Shown here piece after piece: positions 1 through 12,265 of a stretch of DNA of 64,000 nt. Positions within the stretch are counted from its first letter, which is position 1, and each line of letters opens with the position of its first letter. A program made the translations under genes and the position numbers. Source of the DNA: Phoronis australis (taxonomy: Eukaryota; Animalia; Phoronida); NCBI GenBank assembly GCA_002633005.1, contig NMRA01000295.1, positions 1 through 64,000 of the forward strand, read 5' to 3'. Below the pieces are notes generated by a model. That model was not told where the DNA came from. It was given only the letters and a program-made list of their open reading frames with translations, and did no database searches.

Positions 1-820
1 TTCCCCTATTGTCCGGCTGCGTGTTCTGAGGCCTGACTCTGTCATGGTTTGCCTTGTGGAATGACCACTTCGGGTAGCCACATCTTTTCAGCACTGTTCT
101 GTTGTGTTCTAATTCAAATTCAATGTCCTCCTCTGTGTTGGGGATGGTTCTCGCTCGATAATCCAATGTTCTAATCACGCCTAGTTTGTGAATCAACGGG
201 TGATTGGAGTCAAACGGAAGATAATAGTCCATGTGAGTGGGCTTCCTATGTGCCAGGGATCGCTGATCAGATCAAATCACATATGAGGGGACATGACATT
301 GCTGTTGTATTCAAATCTGTTAACACCATAAGGAGTCAATTGTTAAATGTGGAAGACAAAACCAGCAAAGAGAAAACATCAAATGTGGTGTATGGCATTT
401 CATGCTCGGAACTGGGGTGTGGAGCAGCATATATTGGGGAAACCAAGCAAGCCCTGAAAAGTCGTTTCAACCAGCATCGGAGGTCCAGTTATGGGGACTG
501 CTATGATTCTGTAGTTTTTACTCACATGGCTTCCACAGACCACTCTTTCGCCATGGAAGATGTGAAGATCCTGGATAGAGAAGAGAATTGGTTTCGGAGA
601 GGGGTCAAAGAAGCTATCTACGAGAGAATCAAGAATCCTAGCCTCAATAGACAGGGGGGCTGCAGTTTCACTTACCTAGGACATGAGATAGGGCGCTGAA
701 GAGAATCCCGCGGAAACTGCGCGGCAGATCACATGACAAGTCACGTGACAACTCAGTGGCCTGATGAAGTCCTTGAGAGGAGGACGCAACGTAGCCATCT
801 CTACATAGCATAAGTCCAGT
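1..820. mobile_element. Penelope-like retroelement relic with internal inversion (RT thumb on - strand 1..~248; GIY-YIG endonuclease on + strand ~246..699)
   Basis: The - strand reads RKPTHMDYYLPFDSNHPLIHKLGVIRTL. The + strand reads PYVPG…NVVYGISC…YIGETKQALKSRFNQH…R..KEA…NPSLNR. A hammerhead motif follows. Confidence 0.9.
757..797 (+). ncRNA. Minimal type I hammerhead ribozyme (PLE-associated; core variant GCAA)
   Basis: tggc-CTGATGA-a-gtcct/tgagagg/aggac-GCAA-cg-TA-gcca; stems I and II pair and stem III is the palindrome ACGT; GAAA is mutated to GCAA. Confidence 0.65.
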
Positions 821-1266
821 AGTAGAGACAGGGAGGTGTTTTGGTTATTGACACAGNAAATCGAGTCAGCGCACAGCACTTATACTGAAAAGAGGGTCAG
901 GTCATATGCAAATTACATTCAGTCCATTCAGTCCATTCAATCATGAATATACACATGACCATGAGCCACCCGGAGCAAACAAAGGTAAAGTATCTTACAG
1001 ACGACAAAGAAGGAAACTAAACAAACATTAAATGGTTTGTTCCATTCAGGATGTGTGTATTGAGACTTCAAAAATAAATGTCTGCAAATCTTTTTTGTAA
1101 GATAATCTTTGTAGAGTTGCATGTTAGACAGATAATTCACAGCGTGACTTCAGAATTTAATGTATCTTGAAGCTCTCAAAAGAGGAGAATATTAGTTTAA
1201 ATCAGCTGAGAAAGATAATTTAAACTTATGAGAAAACAATGAAGTTGCATTTGAAAGGACATGAAG

Positions 1267-1513
1267 AAGTATAGCCTTAAGTACATGTGCCTACGTTTCA
1301 CCATAGATACTGGTTTCATTACACCAAACAGCACTGCTACAATTCATAAGTATAGCCTTAAGTACATGTGCCTACATTTCACCATAGATACTGGTTTCAT
1401 TACACCAAACAGCACTGCTACAATTCATAAGTATAGCCTTAAGTACATGTGCCTACGTTTCACCATAGATACTGGTTTCATTACACCAAACAGCACTGCT
1501 ACAATTCATAAGT
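1267..1513. repeat. Tandem repeat, 81-bp unit x3
   Basis: aagtatagccttaagtacatgtgcc…acaattcat repeated near-perfectly. Confidence 0.95.
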
Positions 1514-4500
1514 CTACAGTGAACACTAAACACACATCCTCAACAAATTCAGCTCAGCTCTGCCAGCGCTTGAAACAGGCGAAAATCTCTGCTCGAAAAC
1601 AGGAGTGACGGCATATTTGCACTCGTGCTTGTGTACCCGGATTTGGAATCGTATAAGATGACAACCAAAAAAAAGTCGGAACTCCGTGTTTGAATTTGGC
1701 GCTTGTATTTTTACATTCTCCAATCGTTTTTCCATGCGCTTTACTAGCAAATTTGAAGTTGCCTGGAGTGGTACCTTGACGGCACTGGTCGAATAAAGCA
1801 ATCCCTGATTTTGAGAACCAGTTTCATCCACTGAATAACGGGACCATTATTCAGTGATTGCCTGGACCGCTTATATCCTACCAGTTCAGAGTTTCGCTTT
1901 GAGCGCCGTCAGTTGTCGCCGGGACATCGTGGCTGTTAGCGTCTTCTGCAGAGGATTATAAATTGATGCTTTGCTAAAATTGACACTTACTAGGTCCAAA
2001 GTCAATCACGGACTTTCATACTATGCTATAACAAATTTATTCTTAAAAAGAAGCATTATTAACTCACAGTTTTAAGAGCCAAATCCCGGCCTGGTTCACA
2101 GTCTGGTTCGCAGTCTGGTTCACAACCAAAGTAACAGGTGCTGTGCATGTGACTGGATGACCTACTTTTTCCATTAATGTACGACACACAATGCCACGCA
2201 CAAAACAAACTCGAATTGCCCAGTAATCGTGGAATTCCACAAAAAGTTGAACTATTTCGAGGCTTTTACTTTCATGCTCAGTTAGTCATTGAACACGTAA
2301 CCAACATTAGACGAAACCTTTTTTTACATGAAATTTGAACTGCATTCTTGCGTATCAATTTACTTCGTTCGGTCTGGGCACATTTTTCATAATTTTTCAT
2401 TCATTTGAGTCGTAACGGAACAGTGTGAACAAATTAAGACAATTTGCACTAACTTCATATGGTTCAACAACATTGATGGTTTGTACGGCAGGTCAGTCCT
2501 ACAATTTTATTCCTCCCAGAATTCCCCCAAGTACTACCACAAGTACTACCATGAGATACGGACATGTGCAAAGCGAACCATTTCACGGACTTACCTTCTG
2601 GAGGAAGACGTGTTTTTCCTTTGGGAAGTTCATGTGCGCAAGTTTACCGCAACCGCACTCAGATTGCATAACTGAGCATATTCTTGTTTTCATTGTAACA
2701 TGTTGGAAGTTTTACAAGAGAAGATTTTTTGTGCGAACTGAGTTCACCAACTTTGTGACTCGGCTGCTCACCCGTTGGCCGACTGCATCGGCGCTGGGAA
2801 TTACGGGTCTCACGTTGACACGTGGTATTTGCCTACCTGCTTCGGGGTTGGCGCCACCCGGCACGGCCTTTTTCTAAAAGGCTCCTATGGCTCTTTGAAA
2901 GCTGTAATATCTTCATGCGCATAACTCTTTGCTTACTTAGCGCTGACATTTAGGCCATTGGCACAGCGCACATGGTGCTCGGATGACTCATCAGTCACGT
3001 AGTTCTTTGTGAGCCTCACTGTACTGGGCCGTTATGTCATACTCACGCACAGCTGTATATTGTTTACCACTTTGTACACTGGTTTGACCTTTGCATCGAA
3101 TGCGCCCTCTTTGTGCTTGGCACTGCAGACGCCAGCGATCCTGACACTCTTTTGTCCGTAGGTTGCCATCGTTATCCGGTTGAATTTGTTTTTTGACTTG
3201 TACTCACCGACCCGTTCACTTTCCCTGGGCACGCGTCTGCTTATTAATAAATTATGCAGCGCGGTCTTTTCAGCCAATCACAGCGCGCCACTGAGGTCAC
3301 TCTTGGAGGTGGTTGGTTTCCGCCAATCAGTTTTCGCCTTCGGGTATTTAGACCACTTGCTCTCGCAGACCTAGTCACTTCAGTTTCTGCTTGTACAGTG
3401 CGTATTTAGCGGATATCATTTCTTTCAACATGTATGTTCTCCTATTTCAAATTGGATGCTCTGTCGATTACACCTCGAGAGTGCACTTTAATTTCAGTGT
3501 CGGCAACTGGCATCCTTTGAACTTCGGGTGTGTATACTTCAATTTCAAAAATTATTGTCTATGTACAGGTAGTTAGTGCTGAATGCAATATTTCTCGACA
3601 CTCGCTGTGCGGGGGGTTTCATATGAGGTCACCTTGACGTCACAGAACAGGAAGGTATTCCCCCAAAAACGTGGCTGCCAGTATTTGCCAATCGTCATTT
3701 TGATATTTATAGTAAACATAGACGGCAATAGTCCCTAATGTTGAATTATTTTTGAATATTTATTGAATTAAAACGATGGATTGTAGTTTTCAATAAAATT
3801 TATTAATCACAAATGTTAAAATTCTTCGTTTAGCCGTCGTTTTCGCCGAGGTTGTCTTGAAACAAGTCGTCTTTTTCTGTCCTTCCGTGCTGTCCAAAGC
3901 CGTCATTTTTTTTAAATGGTCATCCCAGTGACAGCCAGGACGGCTGCTAGATGAGTCACTGGTTCAGGGTGTAGTGGTGACTTACAAGCATAAGAGGGGG
4001 TGGAGATTCTTGACTGGAGGAGGTGCATGCAAGGATGGTCATGGTGTGTTAGTGATTGGCAACATCACAGGGGAACTTGAGATTATTGACAGGAGGTGTT
4101 TGCAAGGAGGAACAGGTTGTGTTAGTGTTCGACTCTTAGATCAATGCCAACTTGCCAAATACGACTTATTGAAAATCCCAGGTTGCCAAATGAACACCAA
4201 AACTAAGGTCATTGGCCGCCACCATTGTTAAAATTATGCATGCCTGTTACATTTGGTTTTCTGTAAATGTACACCATTCACTGGGTATTGTGATGCACAA
4301 TACCCTTATGCCTCACATTCCCTCATTCAACAGGAGTCCCCAATGTCGGCTCTCCAATCTCTGGAAATTTTTCACCTGAGTACGTAATTTATTCAGATAC
4401 ATTTCTGAGTTTTATTTTGGTTTTCTCACCCTAACTCGGTCTAAATGAACTTTTACCTACAGAGAGTGCAGAAAATCGGAAATACTGGAGACACGTGCTT

Positions 4501-4851
4501 CATGGTCGCACCTTGCCCGATTTTTACTGAACAATTCCAACTTCCATCTGTTTACTTCCTGTTGTAATTTAAGCGCGTGTTTGAGGTGTGCTCATCGCTG
4601 AGGCTGGCAAATGCACTGCTTTTACGACATAAACCAAACAGTTGAGAACCAAAGATTTTGAATCTAGGAACAAAATGTTATTAATTTAAAGTTTGGAAGT
4701 CACCACAAATTTTTGATTGATATTTGGATGTGACTTGGATTTGTTACTCGCATTGGTGACTTGGAATTTTTACCAGATCGCTAAGTGCAATTTGAAGTCC
4801 CATTGGAGAGCTGCAGGTCAGCAAATGGAGCAATGTTGACAAAACAAGGGG

Positions 4852-5102
4852 AAGGTTATTGAGACAGGGAGGTGTTTGGTTATTGACACAGGAAGGTGTT
4901 TTGGTTATTGACACAGGAAGGTGTTTTGGTTATTGAGACAGGGAGGTGTTTTGGTTATTGACACAGGGAGGTGTTTTGGTTATTGACACAGGAAGGTGTT
5001 TTGGTTATTGACACAGGGAGGTGTTTTGGTTATTGACACAGGGAGGTGTTTTTGTTATTGACACAGGGAGGTGTTTTGGTTATTGACACAGGGAGGTGTT
5101 TT
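4852..5102. repeat. Minisatellite, 25-bp unit (gacacagggaggtgttttggttatt) x~10
   Basis: Direct inspection; the same unit occurs at ~826..856 next to the N gap. Confidence 0.95.
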
Positions 5103-5375
5103 TAGTGACTGAATACAGAAAAAATCATTGTTTTATCAGGAGCGGTGCTTGATAGTGATCCACTGAAGACTGACATTAGAAGTAAATAAGCAGTAGTTGG
5201 CTTTTCAGAGATGTTATGAGGCATGAGATATTAGTTGACGTTTAAATGGGCTACTTGTGATCATTTTCATAGCTTTGTGGATGGATAACGTGATAATTGC
5301 CTTTAAAGGATTTTACTTAATGGAAGTTTTCACTCAGTTGTTATTCTGTATCTTTCACACTTGAACATGTTACAG

Positions 5376-5471
5376 TATTATCAAGATGCCAATGAGGCCG
5401 AGTCATGGATGAGAGAAAAGCTGCCACTGGTGTGTAGTGAGGACTACGGCAAGGATGAGTCCAGCGCCAAG
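5376..5471 (+). CDS. SPTBN5: beta-H spectrin exon A: YYQDANEAESWMREKLPLVCSEDYGKDESSAK
   Basis: ttacag|TAT ... AAG|gtgagt; spectrin-repeat helix A motif; 96 nt, phase 0/0. Confidence 0.95.
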
Positions 5472-5903
5472 GTGAGTTGGGCTATTTGATTGGATGCAGT
5501 TCTGTCAGCATACCATCTCAAAAGGTTTTGAACCTATTGTGGCGTTGTGTCAGTTTCCATTACTAAATGTTATTCACATTTCGTGATGATTAGTGAGTCT
5601 AGTGAATTGCAAAATTCGAGATGGTCGAAATTTGCATGTTTGTGTGTGTGCGGATGGCTGTCATGAAGTATCTGCGACTCAATACAGAAGGTCTTGACAT
5701 GGATATACTTCATGTGCTGTGCTCTTGTCAGCGTCAAGTAGAGCCAGTGAAGCACTCGATGATCGCTTCTAATCAAACAGATGCTGCTCGTGGGTTATTA
5801 AGAAACATATATCAAAAGTAGAGCAGCTGAGTTTGCATGACACAGTGCAGCCACTTTGTTACCTGCCAGGAGGCAAGTTAGTGCATTTGGTTCTTGGGTA
5901 AAT

Positions 5904-6185
5904 AAATGTGCTTGTAAGACTGACTGTCAAAATGTGCTTGTAAAACTGTCATAATTTACTTGTTAAGACTGTCTGTCAAAATGTGCTTGTAAGACTGACT
6001 GTCAAAATGTGCTTGTAAGACCGACTGTCAAAATGTGCTTGTAAGACTGACTGTCAAAATGTGCTTGTGAGACTGACTGTCAAAATGTGCTTGTGAGACT
6101 GACTGTCAAAATGTGCTTGTAAAACTGTCAAAATGTGCTTGTAAGACTGACTGTCAAAATGTGCTTGTAAAACTGATTGTCAAAA
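5904..6185. repeat. Minisatellite, ~26-bp unit (gtaagactgactgtcaaaatgtgctt)
   Basis: About 11 copies ending ~30 bp before the exon B acceptor. Confidence 0.93.
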
Positions 6186-6217
6186 GTAATAACTGTTCCA
6201 TGTTTTAATTCTTGTAG

Positions 6218-6334
6218 AAGTTACTGCAGCGTCATCTTAGACTTGAAGAGGAGATAAAGTCGTATCGTGATGACATTGAAAGGCTTGACGAGCTGGCATC
6301 ATTAATGACTAAGGCTCATTCCAAGGCTACGAAG
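6218..6334 (+). CDS. SPTBN5: beta-H spectrin exon B: KLLQRHLRLEEEIKSYRDDIERLDELASLMTKAHSKATK
   Basis: cttgtag|AAG ... AAG|gtaaac; helix B motif LLQRH..LE.EI; the TAGAAG tandem acceptor allows a start at 6221 instead. Confidence 0.93.
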
Positions 6335-6819
6335 GTAAACTGGTTAACTAAGGTAACTGTAAACCCATGTGAAGTTCTTTTATCGGTTCATTTGCAAGTC
6401 TTAAATCATTTTTGCCGGAATGGCATTTCTGTGTCACTTGTTGCGGCTGAGTTGAGCTCCATTGTACAGCGTCTGGATAAAATTTTGATAAGCTGTTGGA
6501 AACAAAACGAAAGAAACAGAAACCAGCTATTTCATTTCCTGGTAACGCTCTGTATTTTCCTGATAAAATTGTGCCATATTTGCCTTGTGTTTACAATATA
6601 CATTTTGTACTGTTCTGCCAAATGATTTTTGGACAGTTTTCACCAAATTAATTGAAATGGTTTGTAAGAAATGTGTCACGGACACTACATAAAACATAAT
6701 TTCTGAATATTTTATGACTGAAAAATCTTAGTTCTTGCCTTAAAATAGTATACGGTTGTCCATATTCATGTGACTGCCGTTTTGTGTTTAACCAAGACAA
6801 AGTGACCACCGTGCATCAA

Positions 6820-7065
6820 CTTCCCTGTGTGTATTCCTTATGTAAGAGGCGCCTCTGAAAGGATTCAGACTGTTTACCACAAAAACACTTACGTCCTTTC
6901 ATAAGCCGTCAAACACTATTCAGTCCATCCTCCCATCAGTTAAAGATGTGTCTCCCCTCTTCAAAAATTACGGTCTGATTCACAAACTTAAAAGTGGTGA
7001 GTGTTCTGACAAATGTATCAGCGAGACGGGTCGCCAGTTATCGACCAGAGTTAAGGACCATCAAT
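6820..7065 (+). mobile_element. Degenerate Penelope-like fragment (linker plus GIY-YIG)
   Basis: Interrupted translation CIPYVRGASERI…HKPSNTIQSILPSVKD…ETGRQLSTRVKDH. Confidence 0.75.
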
Positions 7066-7595
7066 TTATTTAGAGGGTCTCTAGTAATATTGGAAACAAT
7101 AACTGACAGAATGAAAAGGGACAAGACTTTGCTATAGATAGTTACCAGGGTTTTGCAGGTAGCTGCTCATTTGATTCTAGCTATGATCCCCAAAACCTCA
7201 ACCCCAACCAATATAAAGTGAACCCGCAATACCAATACAATGCCAGTGCCCATAAACTCTGCACACACATACGCACCGACAATACACCAATACACCCATG
7301 TAACAAGTGACCAATTCCATATCCAGGGACCAGATTACTCTCTGCTTCCATGATTCAGGGTTGTAATTTGGTCACTGGGTGTGGTGTATTTTCATTGAAG
7401 TTCTTGGGTGCATGTATGAATCTTGTACCACAAGCGTGGTATTTGGTGGTCCGAAACTGGGGTTTACAAGATTAAAGCTGGAATTGAAAGGTTACCCCCT
7501 GGATACAGTAAAGAGTGGTGATGAATAAATATGGTGTTAACTTCTCGCTTCACTACTTGATTTTTCCTAAAATTCCCCAATATCTTTTACCACAG

Positions 7596-7787
7596 ATTGG
7601 TGTTGTTATCAGTAAGCCATCAAGTTCAGAGTATGAGGAGGATACCATACAGGTACCTTGTGTGGTGGAAGAGGAGGTGGAGGTCATGAGGGACGTTGTC
7701 AAGGAGACAATAGAGGAACGTAAAATAGCTCAGGTGAAGGCACGCTACAAGTACGAAGGGGACGGAATGAGCTGCATCAAAGGAGAG
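7596..7787 (+). CDS. SPTBN5: beta-H spectrin exon C: acidic linker plus N-terminal part of SH3 (…QVKARYKYEGDGMSCIKGE)
   Basis: ccacag|ATT ... GAG|gtaagc; 192 nt, phase 0/0; SH3 A-x-Y-x-Y and KGE motifs. Confidence 0.92.
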
Positions 7788-8449
7788 GTAAGCTGCAACA
7801 AGATGGGGAGTTGTCGCAGGGGGCACTTCCTGCTAATCAGTTGAGTGTTTCCCTGTGATTGCTATTTTGTTAAACCTTTGCCCACTTACTGTAACTATAA
7901 ATTTAAATTAATCTCAACTTGTGCCTTACTTAATAGGTCAGAAGTGATGTTTTGGCTTTGGTAGAGTTGACAGATTGTGATTGCTTGAGGCGAAGCCTGA
8001 AAAATTAGGTTGACAAACTCATTTTTTATTTTTGCCGAAAACAATGATATCTGTTCGTATGAGTTCCATGTTCAGTGCTATTCGTGTGTATTTTACATGT
8101 GTCTGGAGAATGAGACTGCGTGTAAGAAATATATAACTTGGCAAATCCATGTGTCAGAATGACTGATTAAGGAACTTGGAGTTCTCCTACATATAAATCA
8201 CATTAAGAGATTGAAAGTTTTTTGCTAAGCCATGTCAGCGAACCATAAGCGAGCTGTACTTCATGAGAGCCATGTAAAATATAAATCAAATTTAGTTTAA
8301 GAGAGTAATGCAATCATTACAGTTCTCATCTAAGCTCAGTTCAGTTGAGTGTGACACACTGTTTAAATGATGGACACTCGCAAAATTTCACTGGATTTCT
8401 GAAAATTGTCTGAGCCAGATGTAAGAACATGGCAGGGAATTGTGCTTTA

Positions 8450-9102
8450 ATGGAGGCTCGTGTGCTTATGATAACATGGAGGCTCGTGTGCTTATGATAT
8501 CATGGAGGCTCGTGTGCTTATGATAACATGGAGGCTCATGTGCTTATGATATCATGGAGGCTCATGTGCTTATGATAATGTTAGGTATGTTAGGTATTCC
8601 CGCTACGGGACTGTTTTGAGTTTTATCGGAGTTCTAGTTGGTCGCCGATGGTGAGCAGACGTGTGTCATGATTTATCTTAACACTGAGGCTGGACTTTAT
8701 GTTTTCTTCATACTTTCTAAATACTGAGGCATATTTGTTTATGTGGTGAGCCTTTGCTACGGTGCGGACAGCAGCATCTTGTGTATGGAACTTGTCTGTA
8801 TTATTTTGGTGGACTGGTGGAGTCAACGGAACTCGTGAGGACGCCTTGGTGATGAAGACTGAAGATGCCACAAGTTTTAAGTTTTGGAATGTTGGTGCTG
8901 ACGTTCGACCCTGTCTTCTTCCCAAGTTTTGCGTAACTTGTTATCATGTTTTTAAATACGTATTTAGATATTAATTTAGTTCAGGATAACTGAAAAGTGG
9001 TTCATTTTGTTTATATTCTCGTAACAGATAACATGGAGTCTCATGTGCTTATGATAACATGGAGGCTCATGTGCTTATGATAACATGGAGGCTCGTGTGC
9101 TT
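8450..9102. repeat. Minisatellite, ~26-bp unit (atggaggctcgtgtgcttatgataac), interrupted by a solo LTR
   Basis: About 5 copies left and 3 copies right of the insertion. Confidence 0.9.
8579..9026. mobile_element. Solo LTR (448 bp) of an LTR retrotransposon
   Basis: TGTTA…TAACA termini flanked by the exact 5-bp TSD GATAA (8574..8578 and 9027..9031). Confidence 0.85.
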
Positions 9103-11155
9103 TCTTAAGAAGTCTCACTTGTAATGTTAGGTTAGTTTGTTGGTTCAACAATGTTACTCAGTTATGAGACTTAGTGAGAGGCAGAACATGTATATTATTT
9201 TTGCATGTATCAACAACATTTGATTTCTTCAAGCATGTTCATTGATCATGAGTTCAACAAATTTTGCCTTTTACACGTAACAGTTAACCTCCATCAAAAG
9301 TTTGTTCATTCGTTTAACTACAATCGAAATTTCTACCATTTAATGTTCATGACTGAATATTTACATGTTACATCATAGGGCAGGCGATACTACTTCAAAA
9401 AAGTTAGTCTACAAAACATTGCCAGTAATGTAATACACACCAGTATGATTATAGTTACTGGGGTTTTCACAAGTTCAGCATGCTTGCATCGTCAAGTGTG
9501 TATAGGATTAGATGACTGACATTATGATTTATACAAGTGATGTGCACAAAGTATCAATCAAAACACTCTGGGAAACTCAATTGCCTGTTTTCTTCTATTG
9601 GGAATTACTATCTGACTGTTTCTCATGAAGAGTGCGTTGCCCTCTATTGGTGTTCCTGGACAACATATCCAATGTCGTAAGCCACGAGTAAGATGACTTA
9701 AAGCTAATAGCACTGTGTCTAGACAGGTATTCTAACCCTACCATAAACATTGCGCATTTGACACAATTTCCATTGAAATTTTAAACATTTTATGGTCAAA
9801 CATAAGAAAAGTAATTATCTTTAATTTATGCAGTGTGCAAGTGAATACTAGTCTCCTATAAAGAACTATATCCTTCAACTGAATAATTTCACAAACACAC
9901 AACAACCTCCGACAAACTATAACAGTGTCTGCAAGTATGCGATGTATCAAAGAGGCGGACCTGGTTTGAACTTGCTGTTTCTTCGACCACAAACTTGTCC
10001 ATGTGGGCGGAGACAGCACAGATCACTTATAAAACATTTTAACACATTCAAGTCCCATGTCTAGCTAACTATGTCATGTCCAATGTCGCAAACTTCGAAC
10101 TGGAATAAAACATGTTGGTGGAGGTGAAATTTCCCCCTTTAAACAACCAATGGTTTTCATTTGCTTCATTGTTTGATTATGTGTAATAAGGAATGCTAAG
10201 TCGTAGTAAAAAACAAACAACAAACAAAACAAAATGTTGAACCTTAAAATTATGAACCATTGCCTGGGGTTTTGCACCATTTTGTGTTATGTTTTGATAG
10301 CACTGAATTGCCCTTACTTGCTTTCAAATTAGGCCTGCCTCTGTGAAACATCCAGTGTTCTCAACAACAGAAAAATTTAGAATTTCTGAACTCCCATACA
10401 CTTCGGGAAGTCCATGTCCATAATGGGTAGTGTATTGCACTGTTGGTTTTAAAAATTGCGAGTTTTGGGAATGTTGCCAAAAGTATGGAGAACAAGTGAA
10501 GTGTCATTTTATCATTTTTTGGGTTCAAGAAAGAAACTCCTTGTAAATACTTTATTTTGTGCAGCTGTCATCACTGTTTTGAAGAAAAATTTGAGCAGTC
10601 ACAATTTTTAAGTCGTTTCATGGAGTGGCTTGGAATAATTTTTTGTCTGAAAATAGTGAGATTTTATTGAACTTTTATCGGTCTTGTCTCTGCTTGACAA
10701 GCTAATCCATTTGGACATGTAAGATATGTAGTTGTCGCCAGTAAGAAAGTGTTGGGCATCCAACTTATATCTGGGCTTGTCACCAGTATATTTTACTTGA
10801 GACTTTGACTCAAACGTTAACAAGTAACATTGCATGAAATTGCTGTTACTTAAAAGTTCAATGGCCATAGGGCCTGCGTTATATTTTAGTATACAATTAC
10901 ACTTGCTGTATTCTTGGTTGTCCATTGGGCTATTTTTTGTTCCTTTGTCAGATCCAGAATTTGACAAAAGAGGGTGCTCAAATATCATTTTGCCAATGGC
11001 TGGAAGTGCCATTGTATTTCTTTGTATTTCAGGTCCAGCCTGTTATTTTTGCAATAGCAGGCTTCCTGAAGTCTCCGTTCTTGTGAAAGTTTTTTTATTG
11101 CACCATATTTCTACTTTGATTCAAGACATATCTAGTCCTTTGGTGAAATAAACCA

Positions 11156-12265
11156 TCATATGTTTGCTAACTGTTTAACAGAACAGCCATTTGTGGTCTG
11201 CTGTAGTGATGAGCAAGGTTTAACCTCTAACACTGTGGCTTTTTTCTTTAAATTTTGTTGCATCATCTTTTCCCCCATTGAGTAAACTGTTGATGTAGAA
11301 GCCACCATGTTGTCCCGACATGTAGACTTGAGCCAGATTATGCGGAATGCTCGCCGGAAATCCTTCCGAAATATTCCGTATACGAGCGGATTCACTGCAC
11401 TGCCGCAGAATTGAACCCATGAAGAGAGTAAGTTTAATGGGCCCGGTATAATGGTGGTACTATAGACGACTTTCAAGAGTTTCGTCACACAAAATGGAGT
11501 CATTGAGATGAAAAATAAAGCTACCACTACTAAGAGACTGTTGATCACCTTGGCCGCCTGCTTATTGGCACGAAGTATAACTGCCTGCATTGTACCAGAT
11601 GACTTCTCGGCATCCTGAATGTTCTTCCTAACTGTGCGCACAATTCTAAGGTAGTTTACAGACATGATCGAAGCAGGCAACGCAAAACACAGGATGAAGG
11701 CCGCAATAACGTAATATATCACCTTATCATGCGTCCAGTCTATGGCGCAGACAACCTCCCAGTAGTCGTAATTGATCCATCGCAATATTATTGGCACCAT
11801 GCTGAAAACCAGTGCCTGGATCCAGATATAGGCTATTATCCACTTGGTCTTGGCCCGTGTCATTATTGTAGCATATTGTAGTGAGTACATGACTGAGATA
11901 TACCTGTCTATACTGATTCCTGCTAGTGTCATCATGGATACAATGATAAAGCAATAGTTAAGTGCACAGTTAAAGTCACACATTAGGGAACCCATTACCC
12001 AGTCATTTCCAACTAATGACGTGAAGCTTGGTATCATCACAAAGATGGCGTTGCCGAGATCTGACAGGCACAGATTGAATATGAACATGTTGGACGTCTG
12101 CTCCTTCAGTCTGTTGTTAGTAAAAATGGCGATGAACAGTGCCATGTTGCTGACAATGCTGATCAGGATGATCAGAAAAAGTGCCAAAGCACAAATAGCT
12201 ATCTGGGTCATGCTTCGTTCTGTTGTCTCCTGGCTCAAAGTCACGTTACTTGAGTTGTTGGCCAT
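11156..12265 (-). CDS. Class A (rhodopsin-like) GPCR, GPR161-like orphan receptor, 369 aa, intronless CDS, nested antisense gene
   Basis: Seven hydrophobic helices; NLCLSD (TM2), C3.25, DRY, TM4 W, ECL2 CAIDW, FALP, TM6 MTPF, NPLVY, helix 8 FRRAF; N-terminal N-glycosylation sites (NNSS, NVT). The first ATG is at 12265; the ORF track start at 12289 is a GTG. A minus-strand splice acceptor (ttaccttttttcag) precedes exon start 12326. Confidence 0.93.
   Translation of the reverse strand: MANNSSNVTLSQETTERSMTQIAICALALFLIILISIVSNMALFIAIFTNNRLKEQTSNMFIFNLCLSDLGNAIFVMIPSFTSLVGNDWVMGSLMCDFNCALNYCFIIVSMMTLAGISIDRYISVMYSLQYATIMTRAKTKWIIAYIWIQALVFSMVPIILRWINYDYWEVVCAIDWTHDKVIYYVIAAFILCFALPASIMSVNYLRIVRTVRKNIQDAEKSSGTMQAVILRANKQAAKVINSLLVVVALFFISMTPFCVTKLLKVVYSTTIIPGPLNLLSSWVQFCGSAVNPLVYGIFRKDFRRAFRIIWLKSTCRDNMVASTSTVYSMGEKMMQQNLKKKATVLEVKPCSSLQQTTNGCSVKQLANI

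Noticed and set aside
1261-1608. Repetitive ORFs (also 33926..34210, 49110..49362, 62200..62584, 17451..17669)
   Set aside because: Translations of tandem repeats whose unit length is a multiple of three; no splice or homology support
4777-4860. Possible additional upstream spectrin exon after tttaccag
   Set aside because: Stops in all three frames and no spectrin motif
10608-11151. ORFs downstream of the GPCR
   Set aside because: No recognisable motifs; probably GPCR 3' UTR (AATAAA on the - strand near 11094 and 10551)
11156-12265. Opsin or biogenic-amine receptor assignment for the GPCR
   Set aside because: No Lys at 7.43 (Phe) and no Asp at 3.32 (Asn)
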